Assembly: GCA_008690995.1 (NCBI GenBank)
Contig: VRMN01000005.1
Location: 310,001 to 374,000, forward strand
DNA length: 64,000 bases
DNA from: Porphyridium purpureum
Lineage: Eukaryota
Direction of reading: 5' to 3'
In this document: piece by piece, positions 32,651 through 43,573 of the stretch
Numbering within the stretch: position 1 is the stretch's first letter
Layout: the number at the start of each line of letters is the position of its first letter
Translations under genes and position numbers: made by a program
Notes under the pieces: model-generated
Database searches by the model: none
What the model was told of the DNA's origin: nothing
The model's input: the letters and a program-made list of their open reading frames with translations, nothing else

Positions 32651-32845
32651 GCGGGGCGCACCCCATCCGTGCGTTGTGCGCCATTCACACAAAGCATGCA
32701 TTTGTAAAGGCTTCTTTAATTAGGCTTGCAGTCTTCCCGGGCACGCGTCGCGGTGCACGAAGCGCTGGATCAAAAAGTTCCCTCTGCGTTCTTGTTTAAG
32801 TGGACGTGATCAGACAAAATGGTACTGAGGCGCAACCAGCCGAAT

Positions 32846-33958
32846 TTAAGTGTGCGCACCTGATTCATACAGCTCCTGCCGCGGCAGCGCTTGATATTCC
32901 GGTCGATATTGCATTTGATCATGAGGCTCCCGTCGCGGCTCCACATAAGGCCTTTCTCCAGCCCCTAGCCGTGCCTGGACTTCATTCTGATACTCCTCTT
33001 GCCCGTGTCGGGCGACTGTTTCTTCCCCGGGATACCTTAGCGGCGGCTGATCATGCGGCGGCGCTTGGTGTTGTGCCTGCTCCACTCCTTCCCCAGGCCG
33101 AGCAACTTCCGGTCGCGACAGGCGAGTATCCCCAAAACCCCCTTCGTCGCGCGCATGGTTCGCTCTTGCCGGCGGAACGGGTCGATACTGAGTTTGATGT
33201 TCAATTTGTGCGCGAGCTTCATCCTGCGGCTCCACAAGCTCTTGCGGAGGCCGCGGTTGCATCTGGTCCTGTGCATACATCTGGTATTGATTATATTGAT
33301 AAGGCAGATGGAACGGTCGTTCTTCTCGAGGCGCAGAAACTTTAAAGCCCAGCGTCATTGGATGTTGTGCCGCGTCGATCAACATGTGTATGACTGCAAT
33401 CAGAAAGACCATGCAGATGAGAAAATGCCACGGGAAGCCGCCTTGCGCGACAAAATATCCTGAAGGCTGCACGTAAGCCTTTTGCGTGGCACACAAGACA
33501 GAATCATGACAAGCGGACACGCCACCGGCGTGCCGCGTCCGTATCGGACATCCGAGCTCCACATCGTACATGTTGTCGTCCGCGATCTCTGCGTAGCCAC
33601 GGTCAGAACCACCCGCACCGAGGAGTTCCTTGAGCGAAAGTTTTGCCTTGTTTTGCAAATTCTTGAATTTGGACGGCGGGCCCACTTTACCCGCGCTTGT
33701 TGACCGGTAGCCATGCTTGCACGAAGCCCTGATCTTGCGCCAGTTACATGTGCCCGATTCTGCGAGGGGATGCGCTGTGCTCACGACGAGTTCATCGTCC
33801 ACCAAGAATGCAAACTCGACATACCCGGGCTCCAGATCCACCACCGTCCTCCATCCGAGTTTGCCGTACTTCATTCGCAGCGGAAACCACTCATTCCACG
33901 AGCCCACGAGAAACACCTCATGGTTCTTGTCCACGCCATCAAACAAAAACTCAGACAT
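32846..33958 (-). CDS. CBM48 (AMPK-beta-like glycogen/starch-binding) domain protein with a TM helix and Gln/Glu-rich tail
   Basis: N-terminal EVFLVGSWNEW..LRM....WRTVVDLEPGYVEFAFLVD. Hydrophobic segment FPWHFLICMVFLIAVIHML. Confidence 0.75.
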   Translation of the reverse strand: MSEFLFDGVDKNHEVFLVGSWNEWFPLRMKYGKLGWRTVVDLEPGYVEFAFLVDDELVVSTAHPLAESGTCNWRKIRASCKHGYRSTSAGKVGPPSKFKNLQNKAKLSLKELLGAGGSDRGYAEIADDNMYDVELGCPIRTRHAGGVSACHDSVLCATQKAYVQPSGYFVAQGGFPWHFLICMVFLIAVIHMLIDAAQHPMTLGFKVSAPREERPFHLPYQYNQYQMYAQDQMQPRPPQELVEPQDEARAQIEHQTQYRPVPPARANHARDEGGFGDTRLSRPEVARPGEGVEQAQHQAPPHDQPPLRYPGEETVARHGQEEYQNEVQARLGAGERPYVEPRREPHDQMQYRPEYQALPRQELYESGAHT

Positions 33959-34814
33959 AGCTTTATATTGTACTGCGTGGTCCTGTCTGACGCCGACAGC
34001 GCGGCACGCGCCTCTTCTCCAATCGCAGCAATCTTCAGCGCGTCCTTCGTGCCCTGTCGTATATGCACAGACGCACACTTGTACACATGTATACCGCCCT
34101 CAGGTTGCAGAGTCGACACGGCGGGATACAGAGGGCACGCGAGCGCGAGCGCGAGCGCGTCTACTTATCTGCATGTCTCCAGCGCCACGTTGTATCCCAT
34201 CTGACATGACCATCGCTTCGGTATCTTTGCTCGCGTCGAACCTGAGTCTCCTCCTCGTCCAAGGCCGTCGAGCCAATTTTCATATCAAAATGACGTCAAT
34301 TGCTATGAAAAGTTCTTGTCTCAATGGCAGTTGAGCAGGGTGCGACCACGCAAGGTCTGCGTGTGCTGCCGTGGTTTACCATGCGCTGAACGCTGGCTCG
34401 TAAACTAGCCGGCGACCCACGTAGGCGCCAATACAGTGCCCCGCTGCAGCTATACGCGAATACGCAGTACATCGGCTATGTTGAGTTTATTGTCCGCGCG
34501 CATCGCGCGTGCCTAACTGAAGGAAATCGAGCGAACGTGGCTCAACCTTGGGCCGGCGGTCGGGACAAAGTGCCAGAAATGTCCGCCTGTCCATGGATGT
34601 GACGCGCGTGTGTGCCGGGGAAAGCACGCTCTATCGTGGGGTCGGAATGTGATGTCGCAATGCATGCGCGTCACGAGAGCGAGAGGTCACATGAGAGCTT
34701 TAAATCTGTTTGCACAAGCTCGAACCATTTACGAATCGAACAAGACGTGCCACCAGTATTCCAGTCGACCAACATTCACGGAAAGAAAATAAAATGGCGC
34801 TGCTACGGACGAGG

Positions 34815-35153
34815 TTAAGCTAGCATGGCGTCTAGTTTGCCGACACTGTCAAGGGCCGAAACCTCCGTGTACCCACCAACGAATTCTTGCTTGACAAATA
34901 TGGCAGGCACTGTGGAATGGCCGTACTTGGTCGCAATAGCCGACTGCATGGCTCGACCCTCTGCGCCCTCAAGATTTACGATGCGGAACTGAACCTTCTT
35001 CTTCGTCAATAACGAGTCGGCAGCCTTGCAGTAGCCGCACGCCGACTTGGAAAACATGAGAACGCTGTCGTTCTGCGCCACAAGGTCATCCACACGTGCT
35101 TCCGCAGCCGCCGACGAGTCGCCCTTGTGCGACAACGACAAAGTGCTTCCCAT
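34815..35153 (-). CDS. Dithiol glutaredoxin (CGYC)
   Basis: MFSKSACGYC, TVPAIFV and FVGGY. Start MGSTLS. Confidence 0.9.
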   Translation of the reverse strand: MGSTLSLSHKGDSSAAAEARVDDLVAQNDSVLMFSKSACGYCKAADSLLTKKKVQFRIVNLEGAEGRAMQSAIATKYGHSTVPAIFVKQEFVGGYTEVSALDSVGKLDAMLA

Positions 35154-35581
35154 ACAATATTGCGCCTTTCTCACTCTTCTAGTCTCCCGTCTCTCCTCTC
35201 TCTCAACAGCCACCGCAGCTACAGACCCAAGCTGGACTTGACACTGCAACCGTGCCCCCTGTCCTTAGTAGCTTCCAAACGCTGCGTTGGGCGAGGCACA
35301 CAAACTCCGCTCTCATGCACTCACTTCAGCCTCAACAAGAATACTCCCACCCTATATCAACTTTCCACTGTAGCCTCACCTCCTTCGACTTGCTCCCATT
35401 TCTCCTGGAGAAAGAAAATGAGATCGAATTTTGTTTGTTACGTGGAGGAGGTTTCAGGTGGTGAGTCAACTCATACTCTGCGCAGCGTGCAAGGTGGCGT
35501 AGCATCGGTTCTCCAACGACATCGGCTGCGTTCATTGCCGAATGCGTGAGTGGGAGCATCTCTCGTATTGCAGGATCTAGG

Positions 35582-35695
35582 GCGAGCGGCTCTCAGAGCA
35601 GAGACCCAGAGCGAGCGGCTCTTACAGCAGAGACCCAGAGCGAGCGGCTCTCAGAGCAGAGACCCAGAGCGAGCGGCTCTTACAGCAGAGACCCC
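35582..35695. repeat. 29-bp tandem repeat, about 4 copies in alternating A/B variants
   Basis: GCGAGCGGCTCTCAGAGCAGAGACCCAGA and GCGAGCGGCTCTTACAGCAGAGACCCAGA starting at 35582, 35611, 35640 and 35669. Confidence 0.95.
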
Positions 35696-36356
35696 CCGAG
35701 GAGAGATCCACACCAGAGACCCACAGCGCATGCTGTGAGACTTATTTTGCATGTAGAAGTGATGCACCCGGTTGATTGATTTCTTTCTCGGAAAGCCAAG
35801 TCTTTTCTCGAAAGCACATTTCTTTCTCGTGTGCGTTCTCAGCGTAACTCAGCTGGCCGTAGTATTGATATCCGAATCTGTTCTTTCGTCCCGCCGACTG
35901 CTATTCTGTTGAAACATGGCGGCATGCCTTCCGTTGACCGCTGGTCCGGTTTCTGAGAGAGAGAAAAGTCTCTCGTCGTCTGCGCACGCAGCGGACACGG
36001 GTGAAGCATTTGTGTAGCCGCGACAGACTCACGTTGCGTCAACGCGTCTTCCGCGCCGAAGGCTTAGTGGAACACTGGGACAAACTAAAATTCCCTAATT
36101 TTTTCGTTTACAAATTTAGATCACACGAAAAAAAAGACTGTACGGGTCCGCCGAGCGGACGCACCTAGCTCTCTGTGTCCTATGGTTCGCAGCTCGCAAA
36201 ATATGGCGAGTTGCAGCAACGAGGAGATGCGCTCCCTTCACCTAATTCATAAGGGATCACTTGCATCTCTCACTCTCCAGTGAGCGGATCATCAATGGAC
36301 TACTATTCACATTCGGGTCGCACGCAAAGTACTCCCCATTCCTACGCCACAGACAC

Positions 36357-36980
36357 TCAAATCACGTAAGGCGACAGCCGCCGCGCAATCATGCTTTTCG
36401 AGCCCTTCATTGCGCGCCGCTCTGTCGCGGTGCACACAAGCCGAACGTTCCCAAAGCGCACCAGTGTTTCCAGCAGCTCTACAACCTCATCGAAATTCCA
36501 CGCGTGTTCCCGCGCCGGAAAAAAGGACGACTTGTGCATGAGCAGAACAAACAACAAGTCGACGTGTCTAACAAACAACGTGGCCCGCTCTTCAAGTTCT
36601 TGGGCCTCGTGGATGGCCTCACTGAACGCTCTGGTGAACTCTTCGACGCTCTCGACGTCACTAATTAAGGCCTTCATGTCCAGCGCTCGGTAACGCGCGC
36701 CTCGCGCCTCGAGCCAATCTAACGCGACCTCGCTGGCCTCGTCCTCGTCGTCGTGCAGAAGCAGCGGGCTCCGCCCGCGCTCCACAATCGCGTCCAGCTG
36801 CTGCTTGTGCTGCGCCGGCGTGGTCGAGTCCGACGCCACCACGAGCTTTGGCGACTCGCTCAGCGGACTCGCAATGGGCTCTGCACACGAACCGTCGCCG
36901 CCGACACACAGCGGCGCCGTCATGGTTTCTTGCGGCCCCCACATCGGCTTTACTTGCACTCCCCCGCCGTGCTGCTCCAT
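36357..36980 (-). CDS. Hypothetical protein resembling a degenerate ClpA/B first AAA+ domain
   Basis: ALDMKALI, EEF, LFVRHVDLL, FGNVRLVCTAT and ARRL are collinear with ClpB NBD1 blocks. Walker A and B residues are lost. Confidence 0.65.
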   Translation of the reverse strand: MEQHGGGVQVKPMWGPQETMTAPLCVGGDGSCAEPIASPLSESPKLVVASDSTTPAQHKQQLDAIVERGRSPLLLHDDEDEASEVALDWLEARGARYRALDMKALISDVESVEEFTRAFSEAIHEAQELEERATLFVRHVDLLFVLLMHKSSFFPAREHAWNFDEVVELLETLVRFGNVRLVCTATERRAMKGSKSMIARRLSPYVI

Positions 36981-38588
36981 TCGCTCTTCCCCCTGCTTCC
37001 CCTCACACCCCTTCTCCACACCCTATGCCAACTTCCTGTCACGGCCTACTCCCCGGGTTGTTGTTCAACCTTCACGCTTATGTCCCGCTCAAGCTAGCCT
37101 CGGCCACAAGTTACACCAACACACGACTCCAACCCGGCTCGTATCTTATCCTTGCACCATGTCTTCAACTCAACGGGGACAACTTTTATACCCCACGCTC
37201 CGTCATTTCCCAATCTCACGCGATTATGGATGTTCGTGCTGCGTTGCGTGGGTGGGTGTGTATCAAGGGGAACCACTTCAACGGAGGCTTCCTTGCCTTT
37301 TTTGGCAGGGGTGCTTGGTGTATTTTTCATGATATTTTTCCATCACCGCCGTATTTTCGCCACGTGATCCCCGCAACCCGGCGTGTGTGTGTATGTGAGA
37401 GAGTAAGTGCGGCTTACTGGTGGTGAAACAGCAAGCGGCTTTGGTTGCTTTGCCGATTCTATCATAAAATGGGCGGGTGAAATCATATAAATTCGCACAC
37501 AAAAAAAGGGAGGACCGAGTGTGCTCGGTTAAGGTGTTGTCGCACGCTCTGGAGAATACACCACCACAAGCTCACGGTTTGTGATTCCAAAGCTCCGTTT
37601 TACTAGTATGTGCCGGATAAGCGTGAGCGGAGTAACGCTCATGCATCCCCTGTGCCCCCACCACTTTTCACAGAGCCCCGAGGCGTGTGCAAGTCAGTTG
37701 ACTTCTTTTACTAGGAAACGACGCCCTTCCCGGCCGTTAAAAAGACGTAGGAGGCACTGGAGACTGACCAAAAGCGGGCAGCGAGCCGCCGGTGTTAATC
37801 CCTGCAAGGACTAGTGGAAATGGATTAACGGCTATGGTTGGAGCCGGCGGAGGGTGTTGGGTGGTGGTGGTGGTGGGAGCCAAACGGCAGTGAAACGTAA
37901 GACGTTGTAAGCGCAAAAGGCCCACCCGGCCGGCGTGCAGGAAGCAAACACGGCCCGCCGTCGCTGCCCTGCAATTCAACCCCGCCGCTTGCTACGGCCG
38001 AGCCAGCTGCGAATTGATCAACAGCGTGCTGATCCGAGGCACAAGCAGATACGTAGTAGCGGCTGCTGGCATCTAGCCCTGCCTCCGAAGTGCCCTCCGA
38101 GCGCTAGTAGCATCGTACTTTGCATGCGGCCGTTGCATGGCTATACAACAACATTATCTTCGCGGCCAAATGCGTCCACTTTGCTCAACCATGCTCTGCT
38201 GAGACGCTTGGGCGCGACCTGTTTCCGTGTTTGCTGCTTCGTCACGGTTGTCAACAGCGGGCCACGGACGATCCTTCGAGGAGAAACAAAGAACAATATG
38301 TAATGTCTGGCTGGTTCTAAAGAGAAAGACTATTCTAAGCTCGGCACCTAGCCGCCGGCCGATCAAAGAAAGCAAGTGGGATGCGTCGCGATCTTCCAGC
38401 TCACCCATGATCGAAGAATGGCACCCGCGTGCGTCAACAGCACGTTTGCAGAGTGGGCCGCATAGATCCACAGCCACAACCACGCAGAGCGCCGAAAACC
38501 GAGTCTCAGCGCTTGGTTCCACGGTCGGGGCGGAATCAACACTCGATACCGACTCGAATCCAGACCACAACCCGCACAACTTCCCGAC

Positions 38589-39223
38589 TTATCGGCCCTT
38601 GTCCAGTGCCTTCTCAACTTCCTTGTACTGCGCCAAAAGACGCTTTCGGCGCTTTTCCGGGACCGGGTAGCCGTTGCCGTAGCTCTGGTAGTGCCCGCTG
38701 AGCGTGTTGATCGAGGTATACAGCGTGCTGAAGCTGGAGGAGCCGCTCACTTTGCCATTCCTGCGGTACAGGGCCACAAAGTCATTCATCTGCTTTCTGA
38801 CCCCCGTCACGGTATCGGCCATGCCTGGCGTGCCGCGCGCGTACTCGGTGACGGTCTTCATATTGCTGACGAGGCTCTCGGCGTCCGTCTTGTACACTCC
38901 CGACAGACCAAACGACATGTTCGTGTCCGCGACCGGAGCGGGCTTGGGCGCCGGCGCGGCGGCGCGGGTGCGTCCGCCGGGGCGACGGCCTCCTCTGCGC
39001 GCACGAGCGGCATGCCTGTGATCGCGAGCATCGACGCCGCGCCAAGCGCCTGCAGCAGATGCCTGCGCGACATCTCCTCCAACTCGCCATCAAACGCGCC
39101 CATGCGGACCTGCGACGCAGAACGCACGACGCGCGCCGATTCGCGCGCGCACCGCGGCACCACCGCCGGCGCCACGGCGCCCCTCACACCGCCCCCACTC
39201 ACACTGCTCACAAACATGGCCAT
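38589..39223 (-). CDS. psb27: Photosystem II assembly factor Psb27 precursor, interrupted by a 1-nt frameshift near 38965
   Basis: Mature part: LSGVYKTDA, MNDFVALYRR, SFSTLYTSINTLSGHY, YPVPEKRRKRL. The upstream frame holds the transit peptide (MAMFVSS) and a Tat signal (SRRHLL...VRA). Confidence 0.85.
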
Positions 39224-39734
39224 CGCACCGACACCGACACCGCCGCCGCCGTCCTGTTCCGTACCTCAATCTCCCAACCAATCCGGCCTCAACCACGTTC
39301 AGATCCAATTCCCTCTCAATCCCGCACCACCATCTCTGTCCCTCCACATACGCTCAGACCCTCCAGCAAGAAGCGCATCGCAATCTCACACAGATTTCCC
39401 CCCGTTTCGAGTTCAGTCCTGCATCTCCCCCGACTGCCCCTCTTTTCTATAAACCATCCCCAAACCACTAAGGAAAAATGGGCAATAAGTGAAGACAACT
39501 GGATAGATAATTAATTAACTTCCTTTTTAACTCTGAGCCACTACTGAGAACTGTACTTCCGTTGTGCATTTGACTCGAATCATAAAACGGTGTCATTTGA
39601 TCGCACCGCAGGGGGGAGAAGCAGGTACACTAGAAAATGGAGTGTGGGTCCGACGGTGAGTTGACGGAGATGGGGAAACACTAGAGACAATGGGAGAGAG
39701 AGACAAACCGAAGAATACAGTTAGCATTGACGGT

Positions 39735-41030
39735 ATGGCGATCGTGGCGTTTATGAATGGAGCCGCGTGGTGTGCATCCGGGCGAGGAAGTCCAGCGGTG
39801 CGGCTGGCGTCGTCGCGGCATGAGGCTCGCGCCGGTAAGCTGGCTTCGTGTCGGTGTGTGAAAGGCGATGTGGCGGCGTGGCCGAGACACACACGCGGGC
39901 GCGTCGTCCATTTGAAGATGAATGGAGCGTCGTCATCCTCCTCCTCGTCATCTTCGTCATCGGCGGCGCCGCCAGCATCGGGACAAACGCTGGACGAAAC
40001 GGCCTCTCCGGACGAGCTGCTCACAAAATTGAGTCTCGAGGCGGTCGAGGCAATGAACCAGTGTGATGACCTTCGTGAGTTGCAGAACCTGCGCGCGCAG
40101 TTTTTGGGTAAGAAGGGAAGCGTGTCAGGTTTGTCAAAGCAGCTGGGCAAATTGCCAAAGGAGGCCCGACCGGCATTTGGCGCAGCAGTAAATGCAGCCA
40201 AGAGCGAGCTCGAGCGAAAATTTGACGAACGCAAGGAAGCGCTCGAGGATATCGAGATCAACAAGCAGATTACTGACGATATGATTGACGTAACTCTTCC
40301 CGGTACCAGGCGAAAGGCGGGCTTCCCACACCCTCTTCGCGTCACCATGCAAAAGGCCCTCGATGTTTTCATCGGGCTTGGCTACGAGCTGATCGACAGC
40401 GTGGAGCTGAGCCCCGAGATCGAAACAGACTACTTCTGCTTCGAGGCGCTCAACTGTCCTGAAGACCATCCGGCTCGTGACATGCAAGATACGCTCTACA
40501 TTACAGATGACCAGAAAATGCTTCTGCGTACCCACACCTCGTCCGTGCAGGCGCGATACATGCAGCAGAACTCGCCGCCATTCGCCATTGTGTGCCCCGG
40601 TCGGGTGTACCGGCGTGATGACATTGATGCCACCCACTCGTTTCAGTTCCACCAGATGGAAATTATGTTTGTGAGTAAGGACGTCACGTTGGGACAGCTT
40701 CGCGCGACCGTCATTCACTTTCTCGAACAAATGTTTGGCACGGGTATCGAAACACGCTTCCGCGCGAGCTACTTTCCCTTCACAGAGCCTTCCATGGAAG
40801 TGGACGTTATGTTCAAGGGAAAATGGCTCGAGGTTCTTGGGTGTGGGCTCGTTGATCCGGCCGTACTGGAAAAGGCGGGTTATGACCCAGAAGAGTGGAC
40901 TGGCTTTGCTGCCGGTTTCGGAATTGAGCGCTTTGCGATGGTGATCCATGAGATTAAGGACATCCGCGAATTCACCAACAATAACTTTCAGTTCTTGAAC
41001 CAGTTTTCGTACCCGGAAATGCTCGACTAA
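39735..41030 (+). CDS. pheS: Plastid phenylalanine-tRNA ligase alpha subunit
   Basis: Bacterial-type PheS motifs DVTLPG, HPARDMQDT, LLRTHTSSVQ, YFPFTEPS and GFAAGFGIER, plus a transit peptide starting MAIVAF. Confidence 0.95.
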   Translation: MAIVAFMNGAAWCASGRGSPAVRLASSRHEARAGKLASCRCVKGDVAAWPRHTRGRVVHLKMNGASSSSSSSSSSSAAPPASGQTLDETASPDELLTKLSLEAVEAMNQCDDLRELQNLRAQFLGKKGSVSGLSKQLGKLPKEARPAFGAAVNAAKSELERKFDERKEALEDIEINKQITDDMIDVTLPGTRRKAGFPHPLRVTMQKALDVFIGLGYELIDSVELSPEIETDYFCFEALNCPEDHPARDMQDTLYITDDQKMLLRTHTSSVQARYMQQNSPPFAIVCPGRVYRRDDIDATHSFQFHQMEIMFVSKDVTLGQLRATVIHFLEQMFGTGIETRFRASYFPFTEPSMEVDVMFKGKWLEVLGCGLVDPAVLEKAGYDPEEWTGFAAGFGIERFAMVIHEIKDIREFTNNNFQFLNQFSYPEMLD

Positions 41031-41120
41031 GAAAGTAAACTTCACAGCAAGCGTCCAGGGTTAGCAACCTCAGTCGTGCCCTCAGCAATCATCACTTTTG
41101 CGGCGTACGCTAACATCCCT

Positions 41121-41519
41121 TTACACGTGATGCGAGATGACGGTAGTAACCGTCAATAATACAGCAACAATGATGCTCTCGGTGCCGGACATCGAGCGGG
41201 GAATGTTGCGGTATATTCCCGCAATACAAATGACTGGAAAGATATTCAACGTGGCTGCTGCTGCGGCCCCCCATACGGCGGCTATGACAGGCATCACAAA
41301 CACCATTGCGATGCGGTACTGCGCTCGTCGAATCCAGCTGGTTGGCATTGGCACGTCATTCTGGTCCCGGGCACTGGCCGGCGGCACGCCAAACAGCTGG
41401 ATGATCGCGGCCACGAATCCGTACGCAGCAAACACGCACGTGCCCAGCACAATCACAAGAAGCATCAGCTTCCTTACGATTTCCACGAACGTCGTGCTGG
41501 AGTCCAGATCAAACACCAT
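41121..41519 (-). CDS. Hypothetical small multi-pass membrane protein
   Basis: 132 aa with about 3-4 hydrophobic segments. Promoter-like motif cluster upstream. Confidence 0.6.
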   Translation of the reverse strand: MVFDLDSSTTFVEIVRKLMLLVIVLGTCVFAAYGFVAAIIQLFGVPPASARDQNDVPMPTSWIRRAQYRIAMVFVMPVIAAVWGAAAAATLNIFPVICIAGIYRNIPRSMSGTESIIVAVLLTVTTVISHHV

Positions 41520-42058
41520 TCTGGAAGTGTCTCATCAGCGTGCGTGCGAGAACCCACCGAACGAGAAACAACGCCGAACAATCGAGCCAAGCTATGAACC
41601 AACAGGGCGCCCGACTGGGGCAGACCAGTGCGTAGACGCGCGGCCAATCTGCGCCATAACATCCAGCACACCGCGCCGCACCGTTCGTTGCTCCCAGGTC
41701 GCGAGCACCGTATCAGCACGCCTCCGCGCTCCTCTTCCAAGCCCTGCGCCAGAAATCCTCACCCGCGCACAAGTGGAGCGCTCCGCACTGTACTTTGATG
41801 TACTCACTGTACTTTCCTTTGCCCTTTTGACGGTGGAGCTTTAAGATATAAGGTACAGTTCTGACTCAGAGCGTGGGAGATTGGGTGTTCTGTTGTGGTG
41901 TTCGCAAGGGGTTGAGTGGCTGGTGGTTTTGGCCGAGTGAGATGAGCTGCGGACATTGTTCATGAGTGGTGGTTGGGGTGAGGAGGGCGGCAAAAGGGAG
42001 GGAGGTTGGTGGGAATCAGTCAACGTCGACTCATATCTTTGGTGTGTGAGAGACGATC

Positions 42059-43123
42059 ATGGCCTTTATTGGAGGCGGGGGTGTAAGCGTTCGTGTGGGA
42101 GCCGCGCACGCAGGGAAGACCAAAGTTGTGTGCAGACGTGCGGGCGAGCGTGCGTGCACGGCACAGAAGTCGTTCCGGTCGCGCTCCAACATGACAGGCA
42201 TGACGGCCGCCAACGCAGAGGCCGGCACGGATGCTGCCGCAAAGCGACTCACAAAGCCCGGGCCGCAGCTGCTTGACACCGTCAACACGTTCATCTTTGA
42301 CTGCGACGGCGTGATCTGGCGCGGAGACTCGGTCATTGACGGCGTGCCAGAGACGCTCGACTTCCTGCGTGCGCAGGGCAAGCGGCTCTTCTTCGTGACA
42401 AACAACTCGACCAAGAGCCGAAAGGGCTACTTGGGCAAGTTCACCAAACTGGGCCTGCCCGTGAAGGCCGAGGAAATCTTCTCGTCGTCGTTTGCTGCCG
42501 CGGCATACCTGGAAGAAATTAACTTCAAGGCGACCGGCAAGAAGGTGTACATCATTGGCGAGGTGGGTATCCAGGAAGAGCTTGATTTGATCGGCGTGCC
42601 ATACATTGGCGGCGAGCAGGACAAGGGGAAGCAGCCGGACATGAGCCCTGGTAGCGCGCTTGAACACGACCACGACGTTGGCGCCGTGATTGTGGGCTTT
42701 GACCGGTACGTGAATTATTACAAGATTCAGTACGCGCAGCTGTGCATCAACGAGAATCCGGGCTGCCTTTTCATTGCGACAAACCTGGATGCCGTGACGC
42801 ACCTCACGGACGCGCAGGAGTGGGCCGGCAACGGCTCGATGGTGGGTGCGATCAAGGGCTGCACCGGCCGCGAACCCATTGTGGTCGGCAAACCTGCGCC
42901 GCTGATGATTGACTACCTGGTGAACAAGTACAAGGTGCAGCGCAGCGAGATCTGCATGGTGGGCGACCGCCTCGACACGGACATCCTCTTTGGCAAGAAC
43001 AACGGACTCTCCACCGTTCTCACCCTGTCAGGCGTCACCACGGAGCAGAAGCTCACCAGCCCCGACAACAAAATCCAGCCGCAGTGGGTCGTCGATAGCA
43101 TTGCCGACTTTCGACAGGAATAA
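42059..43123 (+). CDS. PGLP: Phosphoglycolate phosphatase (HAD IIA), plastid-targeted
   Basis: FIFDCDGVIW, FVTNNSTKSR, GKP and MVGDRLDTDILFG, plus an MAFI transit peptide. Confidence 0.95.
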   Translation: MAFIGGGGVSVRVGAAHAGKTKVVCRRAGERACTAQKSFRSRSNMTGMTAANAEAGTDAAAKRLTKPGPQLLDTVNTFIFDCDGVIWRGDSVIDGVPETLDFLRAQGKRLFFVTNNSTKSRKGYLGKFTKLGLPVKAEEIFSSSFAAAAYLEEINFKATGKKVYIIGEVGIQEELDLIGVPYIGGEQDKGKQPDMSPGSALEHDHDVGAVIVGFDRYVNYYKIQYAQLCINENPGCLFIATNLDAVTHLTDAQEWAGNGSMVGAIKGCTGREPIVVGKPAPLMIDYLVNKYKVQRSEICMVGDRLDTDILFGKNNGLSTVLTLSGVTTEQKLTSPDNKIQPQWVVDSIADFRQE

Positions 43124-43573
43124 ATCATATCGGTTCACTCCGTTCTAAACCGACTGACGCGTAAACCGGTCAACAAACTGCCAAGACGAGCACAAACTGA
43201 CTCGGGTGCCTAGTAGCCGTACTCCGATTCTCGTCGTCAAACACGCTCGTTTTATGATTTTAGTTTGAATTTGGCTATCCGCTGTACGTGGGCACACGTG
43301 CGGCTTCTGACGGGAGGCGGGGGCGCGCGCGTGCGTAGGTCGCGGCAGTTAGATGAATGGGACGATGTCGGATGCTCGCTTGTGACCGGTGTGCACTTGA
43401 CGCCTCTGCCGCTTCGACGCTCTGTCACTAGCGCACCCGCGTGAGGTGTCAGTGAGCGCTCCGGCCGGCCCGACGCATGAAGACAAAAGCAGCGAGGAAG
43501 ACGGCGCGACAGGGGTTGTTGGCACAGTGAGTGGCAACGTGAGAGGATTTGAACGGAACACGCAAGTTGAGGC

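Noticed and set aside
35582..35695. 29-bp repeats as a CRISPR array
   Set aside because: The units are contiguous with no unique spacers, there are no cas genes, and the context is eukaryotic.
37020..38588. Short ORFs and a small hairpin (ACCGAG-TGTG-CTCGGT near 37514)
   Set aside because: No coding bias or family motifs, and a 6-bp stem is expected by chance.
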